Shown: positions 33,161-48,471, counted from the stretch's first letter. The stretch: DNA of 64,000 nt from Octopus vulgaris (GCA_951406725.2 OX597819.1:101370001-101434000), one strand, 5' to 3'. Numbers and translations: made by a program. Notes: generated by a model not told the origin, from the letters alone.

Positions 33161-33448
33161 GGCGGCGAGCTGGCAGAAACGTTAGCACGCCGGACGAAAT
33201 GCGTAGCCGTATTTCGTCTGCGGTTACGTTTTGAGTTCAAATCCCGCCGAGGTCGACTTTGCCTTTCATCCTTTCCGGGTCGATACATTACGCACCAGTT
33301 ATGCACTGAGGTCAATGTAATCGACTTAATCCGTTTGTCTGTCCTTGTTTGCCCCCTCTGTGTTTAGCCCCTTGAGGGTAGTAAAGAAATAGGTATTTCG
33401 TCTGTCTTTGCGCTCTGAGTTCAAATTTCGCCGAGGTCGACTTTGCCT
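33161..33448 (+). mobile_element. SINE-A with truncated second body
   Basis: Intact head ggcggcgagctggcag; junction aagaaatag|gtatttcg. Confidence 0.9.
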
Positions 33449-34074
33449 GTCGATCTAATTGACTGGGCCCGCTTCTCACAAAATTTTCGGCCTCTTTCCT
33501 GGAGTAGAATAGATTATTATTTGTCCAAATTTCTTCTATTTTATCTGCTCCCTCCTCTCTCACTCTCACTCTCTTTCTTTCGCTCTCCTCTGCTTTTCTC
33601 CCTCTGTCGCCCTCCCTCTCACACCCTTTTGCAGCAGTATCTACTTATTTATATATTCATCCATTTTACTTTATATCTCCAGATTTTATTAGTATTTTCT
33701 GGTCTTTCAAATAATCATCTTTTCATTTATCCATTATTGCTCCACCTTTTTATTATTTATGTATCGAATTAAATGTATTATTGATTTTATATTGATATAT
33801 TATATTTCTCTTGTACACACATCCTTGTTTAACATACGACCTTCCTTTTCTTCTTATCATTCTAATAATGTCTATTCTCCTCCTCCTTCTCCTCCTCCTC
33901 TCCATCTTATCTTACGAGTTCATCTTTGTTCCTGATGTAAAATATTAAACAATGTTTATAAACCCCTGTTTTTCATTACGGGAAAATTCTTACGTGCCCA
34001 TCTCCAGGGAATATATATGTTGTTGTAGCAATAGCAACTGGTTATAAAATTCTAATGTAAATTTTATTCCTTTA

Positions 34075-34291
34075 TTCTTTTATTCTTTTACTTGTTTCAG
34101 ACGTTTGATTGCAGCCATGCTGGAGCACCGCCTTTGTCTAACAATTCGATCCCAGAACTTATTCATTGTGAGTCTCGCACTTATTCTACCGGTCTCTATA
34201 GCCGAATCGCTAAGTTACGGGGACGTAAACACACCAACATCAGAAGTTAAGTGATTGTGGGGGGGGGGACAAACACAGACACACAAACAAA

Positions 34292-34355
<64 letters not shown>

Positions 34356-34490
34356 ACGAGCTTCTTTCAGTTTCTATCTACCAAATCCATGCGCAAGGCT
34401 TCGGTCGGCCCGAGGCTATAGTAGAAGACACTTGCTGAATTTGCCATCTAGTAGGACAGAAACCGGAACCATGTGATTGGTGAGCAAGTT
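34075..34490 (-). mobile_element. SINE family B
   Basis: Reverse complement of the 17795-18186 layout. Confidence 0.85.
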
Positions 34491-34636
34491 TAATTTTTTT
34501 ATAATGTCTGTGTTATAATTTGTTTGGAAATGTCTCCTTAAAGCGACGAAGAATGTTTGATAGAAGTAAATTATTCGGGGCATTGGGATTGAACCATACT
34601 GTTTCATATTCTCCTACTTTGTTCCACTGTTGTTGT

Positions 34637-34762
<126 letters not shown>

Positions 34763-37419
34763 CATTATTATTATTATTAGTATTTATTCACTTAAATTTT
34801 TCCTGGTTTCTATTGCGTAAGAGTGCATTGTTATAATAACTGAATCCTTAAAACAGTATTGAATGCATTGAGTAGATAATTAACATCAATGAAATGCTCT
34901 TAACATGTTTGTTACTTATATTCTTAAAGCCTTTGCAATGTTTCTGAACATAGTGTCCCGCCTGAATACGTTTTCACTTAAGAATCTATATTTCAGTTGT
35001 CAGTAATAAGATTGATGTCTAGAGGTGCTTGTAGACCAACGTTTTTCACAACATGCAAATTTTGGGCCCTTCACTTTACAGTGTATTGACCTTACTAATA
35101 AAGGCAAACTTTTAGTTTCGGAGACATTCCTTTTAATATAGAAAACATCTTTGATCCAACAATAGCACTGACTTCAGTTGATTCTGAAAGCCCCCATGCT
35201 TAATTAGGAAGATACGATAGAATATGTTTTAACCAAATAATACATAGAAAATTAATTTAGTTTCACCTCTTTGATATCATATACATTAGTTTACAAAATT
35301 TATGACTAAAATTTAAATTTCCGTGCATAACTTATATTTTCTATATTTAAGAAATAGCAATAATTAATAATTTCAGCAATATATTATATTTACAGGATTA
35401 AGTACCAGTAAAATAATTATGAATTTACGGAGACAACATTAGTATATCGGCATGTTGCCAAAAGTTAAATTTGATCATTTCTGTTATATAACTAATATAT
35501 TTTAATTTTATTTACAAATGGCAATACTAAATATATTTCTAACGGTTATTATTATGTTTTATTCCTTTATTTTAAAGTCTTCTTTATGGCTTTTAACAAG
35601 ACTTGCATAAGTTTACGAACGTAACGTTTTTAGGCTATAATTTAGAAGAAACACACGCCAGAAAAAAAAACAGTGACGGGCCTCTAAAATATGTAAATTT
35701 AATATAATGTGTTTTTTTATTTGATGACGATGCTCATGTTGATGATGACAACAATTACGTTGCTGATGATTAACCAATTTCGAAATGGAAGTTCTACACA
35801 AAGTCAGAACGAAAGGAAGGCAAATAAATCTTCATGGTAAATATGTTTCCTAAACACAAACTTGAAGCATTCAAATACAAAGTAGATTCTGTATCTAATT
35901 CACATGTATTTTCCTCTAATGATCTGAATGAATGCAGAAACTAGTCAGATTGAACTCTGTATTTTTCTAGTCACAAAAAGTAAAATCAGTCTTATAGTAT
36001 CTGGTTTCCCGAGTCAGGCCAAAATGTATTATTACTAAAAATCAAAATCTCCTGCTCGTAGTTTTAGCTTATATGTCTACTTATCTATCACCATATTCTA
36101 TTAATATTACAATACATATTTTCAAAGCTTGTACAGTTGTACAAATAGTATCAGGTCAAATTACTTCTGGTTGAGTTTACGTAAGACATACATAGCTAAA
36201 ACCTACTCTTCTTTCAGTAATCAGAAAATGATATACCAATCTCTGACGAAACGGTAAGAAATTGAAACTAGTCCTTTTCTCGTCAGAATACGAGGGAACT
36301 TTTGGCTTACCTACAATGTTTGTTTTCCACAATGAGGCTAAAAATGTGAGTTTATATATTTTTACACACAGGCGGTAATTCAATACACGAAATATTTTTT
36401 AGTCTCTTGGACAACATTCTGAAATGCTAAAATATAGATGAATGCATAAAATAAAGAGGACTGTGTCACCGACTCGCTCCAGTGTAAATATAAACCAGTC
36501 TGGCGACTAGCTCCACTGCCCCGGTGGCAGGGCCCCACACTAATAGAGGTAGATTCAAATCATGCCGGACCATGGGTGTTGCCGAACCGGAAAATTCCAG
36601 ATTAAAGAGGTTCAACATATATAACTTTCATGTAGATACGAGCATTATGTAGAGCTACTTGTTATTTATATCGCTTTTTACTGTCACTTCAAACAGGAAA
36701 TTTTTGTTATTTATATTATTTGATTATTTTTAATTTTTGCTATTTTTGCAAATATAATGCAGAAACTTTCTCTATGATGATTTCTCTTTTTGTGCGATTG
36801 CAGATCAACGATGTTGTCAACGACAAGCACAGATATCGCAGAATGCTGCTGCCAGACCTCTCATGTAATGGATTATGCGCTAGAATTTCCGATCTTTTGC
36901 CTCCTAATGTTCCATTCAAATTGATTCTGTGTTATTTATACGTTTCTTCGTTGCTCTACGCCATTCTTTGCAGCGACTCGTTGTCTTTTCCTATGCAATA
37001 GTAGTCACACTCCATGCGTCATACAGATGTCAATAGTGACAAATTTATTACTGAGTTTCAAGCAACCTCTTCGACCTCACTACATAACTTTATGTGTCCT
37101 AGTTTCCTCTTGCGGAACACTTGTTCCTGTTCGTGCAACTTCAACGCCCAGAGGATAGACTCAAGGTTGGGCGTATTTGGATGGTATAAAAACGCTGCCA
37201 GAGAACAGCCAGTTAGTTTCTGAAGATAAGTTTCCTTTCTCCTCTGTAACATGCTTAGATCCGTTACGTTTCTATGCATAAATTATACATTTGAATATAC
37301 ATTTGAATAAATCAATCTTATCTGAGACAAAGGACATCCACTGAATTTTCGAAGTTTAGGAGACTGTGGTCTATGCTAGAAGACGTACGTCGAATACGAA
37401 ACAACAGGAGTGAGAAATG

Positions 37420-38240
37420 AAGATCTTACTCAGTGGTGGTACACGCATTCATACATGCATAAATGAAAGTAAACTCACAAACACATTCACACATATGTAC
37501 ATTCATAAGAACATAGCAGCATGCACATGTAATGCACACATAGACACACAATCGACACGCGCACACACACGCGTGCACATACATGCAAATGATCGTGTAT
37601 AAGCATATGTGTTTCTATATATTATATATGTATCCGTGTAACACTGTGCGTATTTCTGAGGAAGTATATATGTAGGCGTGTATATATATATATATATCTA
37701 TACATACATACATTCATATATAACTACAAATATGCACACACACACACACACATATATATGTATATATATACATATAGAAGTAAGCATATATATGTGTGTG
37801 TATGAACATTTTTTGAATGTATATATATATATATATGTGTATATGTATATGTGTGTTTGTATACCTACGTATATATATACATATATACATATGTGTTTTT
37901 GAAGGTATGAATGTATGTATGTCTGCATGTATGTATGTCTGTATGTTTGCACGTGCGTATGTATGTATGCATCAAGCTTTACTTTATTCATTGCCTTTAA
38001 TTTTTGGTGATTAATTCCATGTTAATTGAAACGTATATTTTACTTCAATATTTACAAAGTAATCAATGTTTAAATTGATTCCTTCCCAATCTCCTCCCCC
38101 ACCTCTATCCCTTTCCTTCGTTGTATATCTTTTCCTGTCTCTAATACCCACTCGATCGCCGTACAGATACATGTAACATGCGTGCGTGCATGCATACGGT
38201 CATATGTACATAAATACATAGATGTATATATACATATACG

Positions 38241-38280
<40 letters not shown>

Positions 38281-38488
38281 CGTACACATACATATGTACA
38301 TACACATACACGCATATATATGAACACACAGAGATATATGTACATATGTAAACACACACACACACATATACATATACGTAAGTACACATATAAACAAATA
38401 TACATTTATACACAAATAAATATCCATACATATATAGACGCATATGTATATTCTTATTCGTATGCTTATATATGCAGACGTATATGTA

Positions 38489-38533
<45 letters not shown>

Positions 38534-38537
38534 TTAT

Positions 38538-38622
<85 letters not shown>

Positions 38623-38651
38623 TATAGATAACTAGATGTGGTGTATGTGTG

Positions 38652-38745
<94 letters not shown>

Positions 38746-39670
38746 ATGCATGTATACATACCTATACACATTCATACGCCTATCTGTTCATACAATCACA
38801 CACAAATGTATACACATACGTACATGACGTTGTGTTTTAATATGTATGTGTTTTTGCATACGTCTTCACAAAACAGTCACAGACATATGTGAGCGTGTAT
38901 GTATTTGCATGGTTCTTTTACGACTATGTATTCGACTGTGTGAGCACGTGCGGATGTGTATGCGCGCGCGCGTGTGCGCGTTTGAGTATTTACTTGCATA
39001 CAGAATACTCTACATATATTTTCATGTCGAGAATATAAAATATGCATGAAACTGTACATATAAAATCATGAATTTTGTATAGTGATATGTTGATTCTAGT
39101 GGAACGCTGTCTAAGACACGATTGCTCATCTTTTTCTTCAGCAACCCTTGAATTTTCTCTCTCTAAAGAACCTGTCTCGACATGATTCTTGCGCAGGTTA
39201 CATCATTCCGTGACTTGTATTGTTCTCAATCTAAATAATTTTAGCTTATGTTTATATGTGTACGTGTGTGCATATATACATGTGTGTATAGCTGTATATG
39301 TCTGCATGCATATACATGTATGTTCCTGTGTGCAATATTTTGTATGTTATGTGTGTATGTATTTATATATATATGTATCTATGCCTGATACACGCATATA
39401 TATATATACACTTACACACAAAATTATATGTTTATATTTATGTACGTATATAAATATATATATAACATATAGATAGAAGATATATATGTGTAAATATACA
39501 ATATTTATATACGTGTGTATGTGTGACTGGATACATATATATGCATATATATATATATATATATGTATGTATGTGTATATATATATATATGTATATATGC
39601 ATACACATATATACGTATACATATATACATTATATGTATATACATATATATACGTATATATATATATGTG

Positions 39671-39741
<71 letters not shown>

Positions 39742-39868
39742 GTGCAGACACACACACATATCGTTTATAAATGAATGTATAAGTAATGAATATAAACATA
39801 TATTGTAAATACTTATGTATATGCGTAATATGTGAATGGTTTAATGTTATACTCAGATAATAATAATG

Positions 39869-39930
<62 letters not shown>

Positions 39931-40139
39931 CATTGTATACTATGAGTTTCTTTGCCCTAGGAGTCGGGAAGACACTCGGCAAGAAATGGAAGCAAATTCG
40001 AAAGAAAAAAAAAAAAAAAAATAATAATAATAATAATAATAATAATAATTATTATTATAATAATGATGATGATCATGATCATGATCATGATAATCATGGT
40101 GATGATAATAATAATAATAATAATTATTATTATCATTAC

Positions 40140-40199
<60 letters not shown>

Positions 40200-40230
40200 C
40201 ATTATTAATAATAATAATAATAATAAAAAT
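37420..40230. repeat. Microsatellite field: (TA)n, (CA)n, (GATA)n, (GA)n, (AAT)n
   Basis: Direct reading. Confidence 0.92.
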
Positions 40231-40579
40231 ACTTATAATAATAAGCTTTTGCTGTTGTTGTTGCTGGTTTTTTGTTCTTTTCTTTACTTTTCATCTGCAT
40301 ATTTGTTACAGTCACTTGCCGAGTAACACCCAGTGTCCTGGTGGTGAGTGAAAGATAAGAGATGTCACAATATGACTGCAAGTCTGGGGAGGGAAGTAGC
40401 GAAATATCTCCATGTAATACAACAGAGACATTTAAATGTAGAGGGTTTTTCTAAGTATGAGGACAGTACTTTATAGTACAATCTTCTATATTTCTCTGAG
40501 ACCAGGTTCTCCTGGGACGTTATCTAGATCTTTCTAACATCCCTTTTTTATCATACCTAGAACACCTAAAATAATAATA

Positions 40580-40637
<58 letters not shown>

Positions 40638-40729
40638 AATACGTACATAAATACATACATACATTTAAAAATTAAAACAGCCACAAAATAAAAATACAAG
40701 AATCTACATATGTGTAGTATAACAAGGAA

Positions 40730-40965
40730 AGGATGTGTTCTTTTGAGGACATTAGTTGCCCTCTGGACACCAATACTGGCAGAACAAAAAGAAAAAAACA
40801 AAAACATGTGAAAGTGTACAGCTATGGAACATTAATAAGGTATATGCAAATCGACTATACAAGAAACAATTTCAGTTTCATACCAATAATTATAATTGTT
40901 GTAACACGATATATGCTTACCTCTGGAGCAAAAAGTATTGTTAAACTTTGGGAGAGAAAGCAAAA
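40730..40965 (+). pseudogene. Possible decayed WD40-repeat coding remnant
   Basis: Frameshifted SVQLWNI..FHTNNYNCC and RYMLTSGAKSIVKLWE resemble GH...LLTSG.D..VKLWD repeats. Confidence 0.3.
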
Positions 40966-41217
40966 TTGTTAGTTCATTCTCTACAAATTATCACAACATT
41001 TGGGATCATAAAAATCTGCAGGATCTTAATATTTATGGGACAATGAAGAAAACATGATGCTCCTTTCACAGCCTTCTTACAGAACACGTGACCGGTCAAA
41101 ATTTATTCTAAATAAAAAAAGAACAATGTAAACAGAACATACATACAGAGTGCGTATGATATTTGAGGACAGATTTAGGTTTACAAAAGAAAAAAACAGA
41201 TTTATAATAACAGATAA

Positions 41218-43433
41218 TGGAATTCTAACCACGTTTCGTGGTTTGCTACATCAACAGCTCCTTTATGGGATCAAGTAACTAAAGACATCATCAGGACGAA
41301 CCACGTCCGGTTTCGACCCCTACTCCTCTACCGCTTCCGATGCGGCGGGGCCACCCTTTCGGAGGTGTCTTCAGCTCTGGTGTTGAGTCCCTTTCTTCTT
41401 TCTCCTTTTTTCTTTAATTCTTTGGTTTCTTCGATACCGCAGCAAACAATGTCAGCAGGCGAATGGCCATCCTGCCAAATTTCCCTTTAAATATTCACCG
41501 GTAGGCTCCAGCAGCCAGCATCAGCTAACTGTCACGTGACATTGTTTTAGATTCAACTGAGCAATTGAGGGGAAAGGCACGTAGTTTTAGCCCGCGCCCT
41601 CTCTAAACCTGCCTTCCAACAGTGTCGTGTTAGTTTCAGTTCCAGATCCAGAGCCGACCAGCAGTTTGGTGGTACAAGCCTTCGAACCAGGAAGGCGCGC
41701 TGTGAGCGAGATTGCTACCTTGGCCCACCTGCCAATCAGTGATGCTGCTTAAGTGCCAGCCAGCCTCACCTAGCGACGCTATTTTACAGTCGACATCTTA
41801 TGGCTTTCAAGCCATTTGGGGTCTTCTCGTTTCAGCCACATATAGAAGCTGGCTTTGTCGACTGCTTCCTGTATTCTCCTTATTACTTTTCTCAGCTCTG
41901 TGCTCGAAGATGCAAACCTTCTTTTAAATAACGTCGCCACTTTTCTTTCAATGAAGCCTCTATCCCCCACTGCTAGGTGGTAATACCCGACAGTCCAACC
42001 TTGTTCCCCGTACTCTTCCATTAATCTCTCTCATCTCTTCTCCTTCCATTGCTCTGTCTAGCAATGTTCTCTTCCATGGCACTGTCATCTCTTGCAAAAT
42101 CCCAATCTTCTGTTCTGTGTTCCATAGGATTAAGTCCGATCATTTTGCTGTTTTTATGAGTGCAAATATTAACAGTCTTTCCAAATCCGCGGCCAGCTCC
42201 AAGTATCCCTTCCATCTTTCGTCTGTCTTGTATATTTTTTTGAAGGCCTGGCCTTGTGCCCTTTTTCCTCCTCGAAATATATTTTTACGCGCTTTTTAGA
42301 TTTGGGTACTCTCCCCTGTTATATCCCTCGAACTCTTTGAGTGTTGCGCTTATGACACCGAGTACGTTGTTGTGACGCCGTGTTTATCTTTCTAGTGCTA
42401 GTCTACAGTATGACAGAATATGCCTCGCCGTCGTTTTCTCTCCGCATCTACATTCAGCAGTTGTTTGTATGTTCCACTGGACTCAATTCGCCGTGAAAGT
42501 AAAACGTCGAAGGTAGACTTAATTATGAAGGATATCTTTGCTTGTTCCCAAGCCCAAAGTTCCTTCCAAGGGATTCTGCGACTGACCATATATTCCTCCC
42601 ATCTCAAGCACTATCTCAGCACCAAATGTACATTTCGCCTTTCTTCTTCCTCCTGTCTCACTTAGTGTGTCACTACTTCTTTCATCTCTTTTACACTGCT
42701 CATGTAAAATGGCTTGAAATTGTGCAACCCTAGACCAGCTCTTGCTTCTTGCGTCGCTCCGACTATGTCAAACTACCTTAGCTGTTTAGTGTCTGTTTAG
42801 TGCCTCTTCAGCTTTCCATTTCCACTTTGTTCGTACCTTTGGAGGGTTTTCTCGGATGTTCTGATCTTTCGAATACCTTAGCATCATTAATGTCCTCGCC
42901 TTTACTGCCTTATATTCTTCGGCGATTGATGTTATCGGTAGTTGTAACACGGGTTTTCCATATAGTGCAGTTGTTTTGGAAGACCAAGCTATTTTCTGGT
43001 AAGCACGTTGCATCTTTGTTTCATCCTCTCTACTCTACTCGAGGCTATTTCGTACATTTGCAATAGCCACATTATCCTTGGGTACAGTCCAAATTGCAGT
43101 ATCTAGCATTTGAATTTTACCGGTAATATTGTTCTGTCAATTGTCTTTAGTCCCTGTTCCATTAAATCGTGTATTTCTTTGCTTTGCTTCTTTCCCTTTG
43201 GTAAATCTCTGTATCATCTGCCGAGATTCTTTCCTGGTTGTTCTTTCACTGTTGGTATATTTTCACCTCCTATCCTGAATTTCACTTTTTTTGGTGGTGG
43301 GGGGGACTCCTTTCACAAAAGCCACGCTTCGAGATTTTTAAGCTTTGAATTTCATTCTCGCCCATCCAATTAGTTTGTCCAGCCGCTCTAACCTTCCATC
43401 TGTTGCTTCTCTACTTTCTGATAATACAGTACC
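41218..43433 (-). mobile_element. 5'-truncated RLE-type non-LTR retrotransposon, Hero-like clade (pseudo-ORF ~43430-41779, 3' UTR ~41778-41218)
   Basis: WARMKFK..KSRS; LQLPITSIAEEYK; KWKAEEA; IPWKELW..ISFIIKSTFDVL; decayed CCHC (CRCGE...HILSYC..RHNNVL); EENI; AVGDRGF; AVDKASFYMWLKR. Confidence 0.88.
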
Positions 43434-43451
43434 GTGAACCGAATATACATA

Positions 43452-45017
43452 CAACGTGCGTATGATATTCGAGGACAGATTTATGTTTATAAAAAAAACA
43501 TATATGATAACAGATAACTTTATCGTAAAATGCTATGAAAATGAAAATAAACCTTCTTTCTATAGTGTTATTGTTATATCGCAATACTACACAGAGGCTG
43601 TGTGAGCTACGAAATCCTTGTCGCCACTGTTATATCGCAATACTACACAGTGGCTGTGTGAGCTACGAAATCCTCGTCACCACTGTTATATCGCACGTTC
43701 GGATGACCTCTACTCAACTCTGACGTCTAAACTTCCCCCTCTATATCTACGTTTTGGGCTAGCCTACTTCATCTGAGGCGTCGACACAACAGTACATCAT
43801 GCGTAAGGTATTTGAGGACATACAAATTTTGGGTCATTGCTGCATGTTTTGCTAATTTTGTTTAATCTTTGTTTCAGAAAATAATAATGGCAGACCCAGA
43901 GCTTACCCAAGAAATGAGGAGCCATGCTGTTATTTTGGTTATAAAGGCTGAGCATAGCGATTTAGAAATATCTCGATTTTTAAAAATTGCCAGATATTTC
44001 GTTTAAGAAGTTTGTAAGGCGCTAGAAACTAAAGATGGAAACATATCACCCGTATCAAAGAATAAAATGCATTCTAAACGCTCTGAAATCATCAGAACAC
44101 TTGAATTTATCCAACAAGTTCAACAGATCGTTGATTACAATCCCAGAAAGTTCATGAGGTCAATTGCAAAAGATCTTCATGAGTCAGAAGGCACAGTCAG
44201 AAATGTTGTCTTCGAAAACATCAGATATAAGTCTTATCTGATGAGGAAAGGTCAATTTTTCAGAAAAAGGAAAGTAAATCATTACAAACTGAAAAATGCA
44301 ATAGAACGTTTGAGTTGTTTTTCTCAAACGAGAAAAACTTCACGAAGATCAAACATTTAACAGAAGAAATGATAGATGGTTATGTGCAGACTCTTCTGAA
44401 ATTCTAAGTACTATGCATACAAAACGTCCTACAACTGTCATGGCTTTAGAGGTTGTCAGCAATGAAGGATATATGAAGCCTCCTTATTACTTTCCACAAA
44501 GCCTTAGAGTTAACTATATTGTTTACATTGAGGTCCTGGAAATAATTAAGCTCTGGATAGACAGTGTATGCAATGGAAGGCCATAATTTTTTCAGTAAGA
44601 CTCTGCACTATTTCACATGGCTCTTGCAACACAGGAATGGATGACTGAAAATTTTCATGATCACATAACCCCTAACATTTGGCCTCCGAATTCCCCAAAT
44701 CTCACTCCATTAGACTATTACATGTGGAGCGTTGTTGAGAGAGAGGTCAATGAACACGTCCATTACACCAAAAATTCTTTGACAGCTGCCATAATTTGAG
44801 TACTGCCCAAAATTTTAAACAAGGACCATTTGATTCAGGCATGTAGATGACTTACATCTCATATAGAAGCAGTTGTTGAAGCTGAAGGTGACTTTATTGA
44901 ATAACTGTTGTGTCGATGCTCCCAGACGATGAAGTAGACTAGCCCAATAGGTAGATATAGAGGGAGAAGTCTAGACGTCAGAGTTGGGTAGAGGTCATCC
45001 GAACGTGCGATATAACA
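43452..45017 (+). mobile_element. Tc1/mariner DD37D (maT-like) fossil with long inverted repeats
   Basis: Pseudo-ORF 43887-44904 with Q*DSALFH...WPPNSPNLTPLDY (37 residues between the Ds); inverted arms 43684-43793 and 44904-45017. Confidence 0.88.
43572..43695 (+). repeat. 56-bp tandem repeat (~2.2 copies) in the maT left end
   Basis: tgttatatcgca starts at 43572, 43628 and 43684. Confidence 0.9.
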
Positions 45018-45244
45018 TGTACGTACATATATATTTCCGTAATTTCACATTGGGTTAAAAAAAATATATCTTCAAATTTTAATCTAAATATTTTAAGATT
45101 TTGCATTTTTATACTGAAATTGTTATACAATTCGTAGTTATATTTTAGGTTCTGTTTCACAATTATAAGTATTCCAGCCTCTCGTATCTCATAATACTTA
45201 TCAGATTCAGTATATATATATACATGCATATATACATACATACA

Positions 45245-45308
<64 letters not shown>

Positions 45309-45731
45309 ATCAATATAAGGGTAACAAAAAATTCAAGAAAAAATTCAAGAAAAATGTTCTGCTACCAGCGGTCAAAATAGTGAGAAAATAGAGATAGTCA
45401 GAGACTATATTATACATTCAACAAAATATTAAGGAATGACCCTGAGAAGGTCGTTCGACTCACTTGAAAAGAGCAGCTAAAACTCAAAACCGCAATAAAT
45501 AGTAGTAATTCTGAAACCAGAGGAAAATAAAAAACATTTATCCCCTTCAAACTTTGTACCCTGCAAGGTTTCAACATCTTCACGCAATCAAATTTAATTT
45601 AATTAAATTAAATTAAATCCGTTTACGTTTGGCTTGTCTCGTCAGCAAAGTCACCAAAATAGGAGGCAGATATATATACACGAGGCTACACTATCTAAGC
45701 CTGGGGTCTATATATCGTAAATTTTCGAATT

Positions 45732-45784
45732 CACCGTAATCGCGCCATCAACTCCGCTGCGGAGTAGATGGCGCGATTACGGTG
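45732..45784. repeat. 53-bp GC-rich near-perfect palindrome
   Basis: caccgtaatcgcgccatc-a-actccgc-t-gcggagt-a-gatggcgcgattacggtg. Confidence 0.95.
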
Positions 45785-45824
45785 TCATTCTTAATATTTT
45801 GTTGTATATTCCTTAATATTTTGT

Positions 45825-45861
<37 letters not shown>

Positions 45862-45879
45862 CATTCCTTAATATTTTGT

Positions 45880-45958
<79 letters not shown>

Positions 45959-45960
45959 TC

Positions 45961-46232
45961 GGCGGAATTTGTACTCAGAAGGTAACGGCAGAGGAAATGC
46001 CTATTTCCTTACTACCCACAAGGGGCTAGTCACAAGGAGGACAAACAAGGACAGACAAACGGATTAAGTCGATTTTATCGACCCCAGTGCGTAACTGGTA
46101 CTTATTTAATCGACCCCGAAGGGATGAAAAGGAAAGTCGACCTCGGCGGTATTTGAACTCAAAACGTAGCGGCAGACGAAATACCGCTAAGCATTTGGCC
46201 CGGCGTGCTGACGTTTCTGCCATCATGCCGCC
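45961..46232 (-). mobile_element. SINE-A with partial second body
   Basis: Reverse complement of family A. Confidence 0.88.
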
Positions 46233-46509
46233 TTGTTACACATAAATATTGTACACGATGAAGGAATGTTCTGGGCATAACATAGAAACCATGCAAGAAA
46301 ATTATTGATAGTGGTCCAGTTCATGCCAATAGGAATATTCACAAATATTTGGCACAAGAGATCTGGAGGAACAACATTCGGTTACATCGATTGCATTGCA
46401 TGTCTGGACCTAAATATTAGAGACAGCGGAAAGATAAATGCAAAGTCTAACTACTGGGACAGTAATAATAACAGTAATAGATTCTTACTAACATAAGTAC
46501 AAAACTCGA

Positions 46510-46695
46510 CTTTAGTCGATATTATCGACCCCAGGACGTATTCTCCATAAGCCTAGTACTTATTTTATCGGTCTCTTTTTGGCCGAACCGCTGAGTTACA
46601 TGCGTATAAACACACCAGCAACGGTTGTAAAGCGATGTTGGGGGGACAAACACAGACGCACAAACATACACACACATACATACATATATATATAT

Positions 46696-46758
<63 letters not shown>

Positions 46759-46927
46759 TAAATTAGAGACATATATATATAAGACGGGCTTCTTTCAGTT
46801 TCCGTCTACCAAATCCACTCACAAGGCTTTAGTCAGCCCGAGGCTATAGCAGAAGACACTTGCGCAAGTGGGAATGAACTCGGAACCATTTGGTTGGGAA
46901 GCAAGCTACTTACCACACAGCCAGTCC
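46510..46927 (-). mobile_element. SINE family B
   Basis: Reverse complement of family B with expanded internal (TA)n. Confidence 0.85.
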
Positions 46928-48260
<1,333 letters not shown>

Positions 48261-48282
48261 ATTTTTATTATTATTATTATTA

Positions 48283-48471
<189 letters not shown>

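Noticed and set aside
43572-43695. 56-bp periodic repeats with internal palindrome as a CRISPR array
   Set aside because: Units are near-identical with no unique spacers, no cas genes, eukaryotic transposon context
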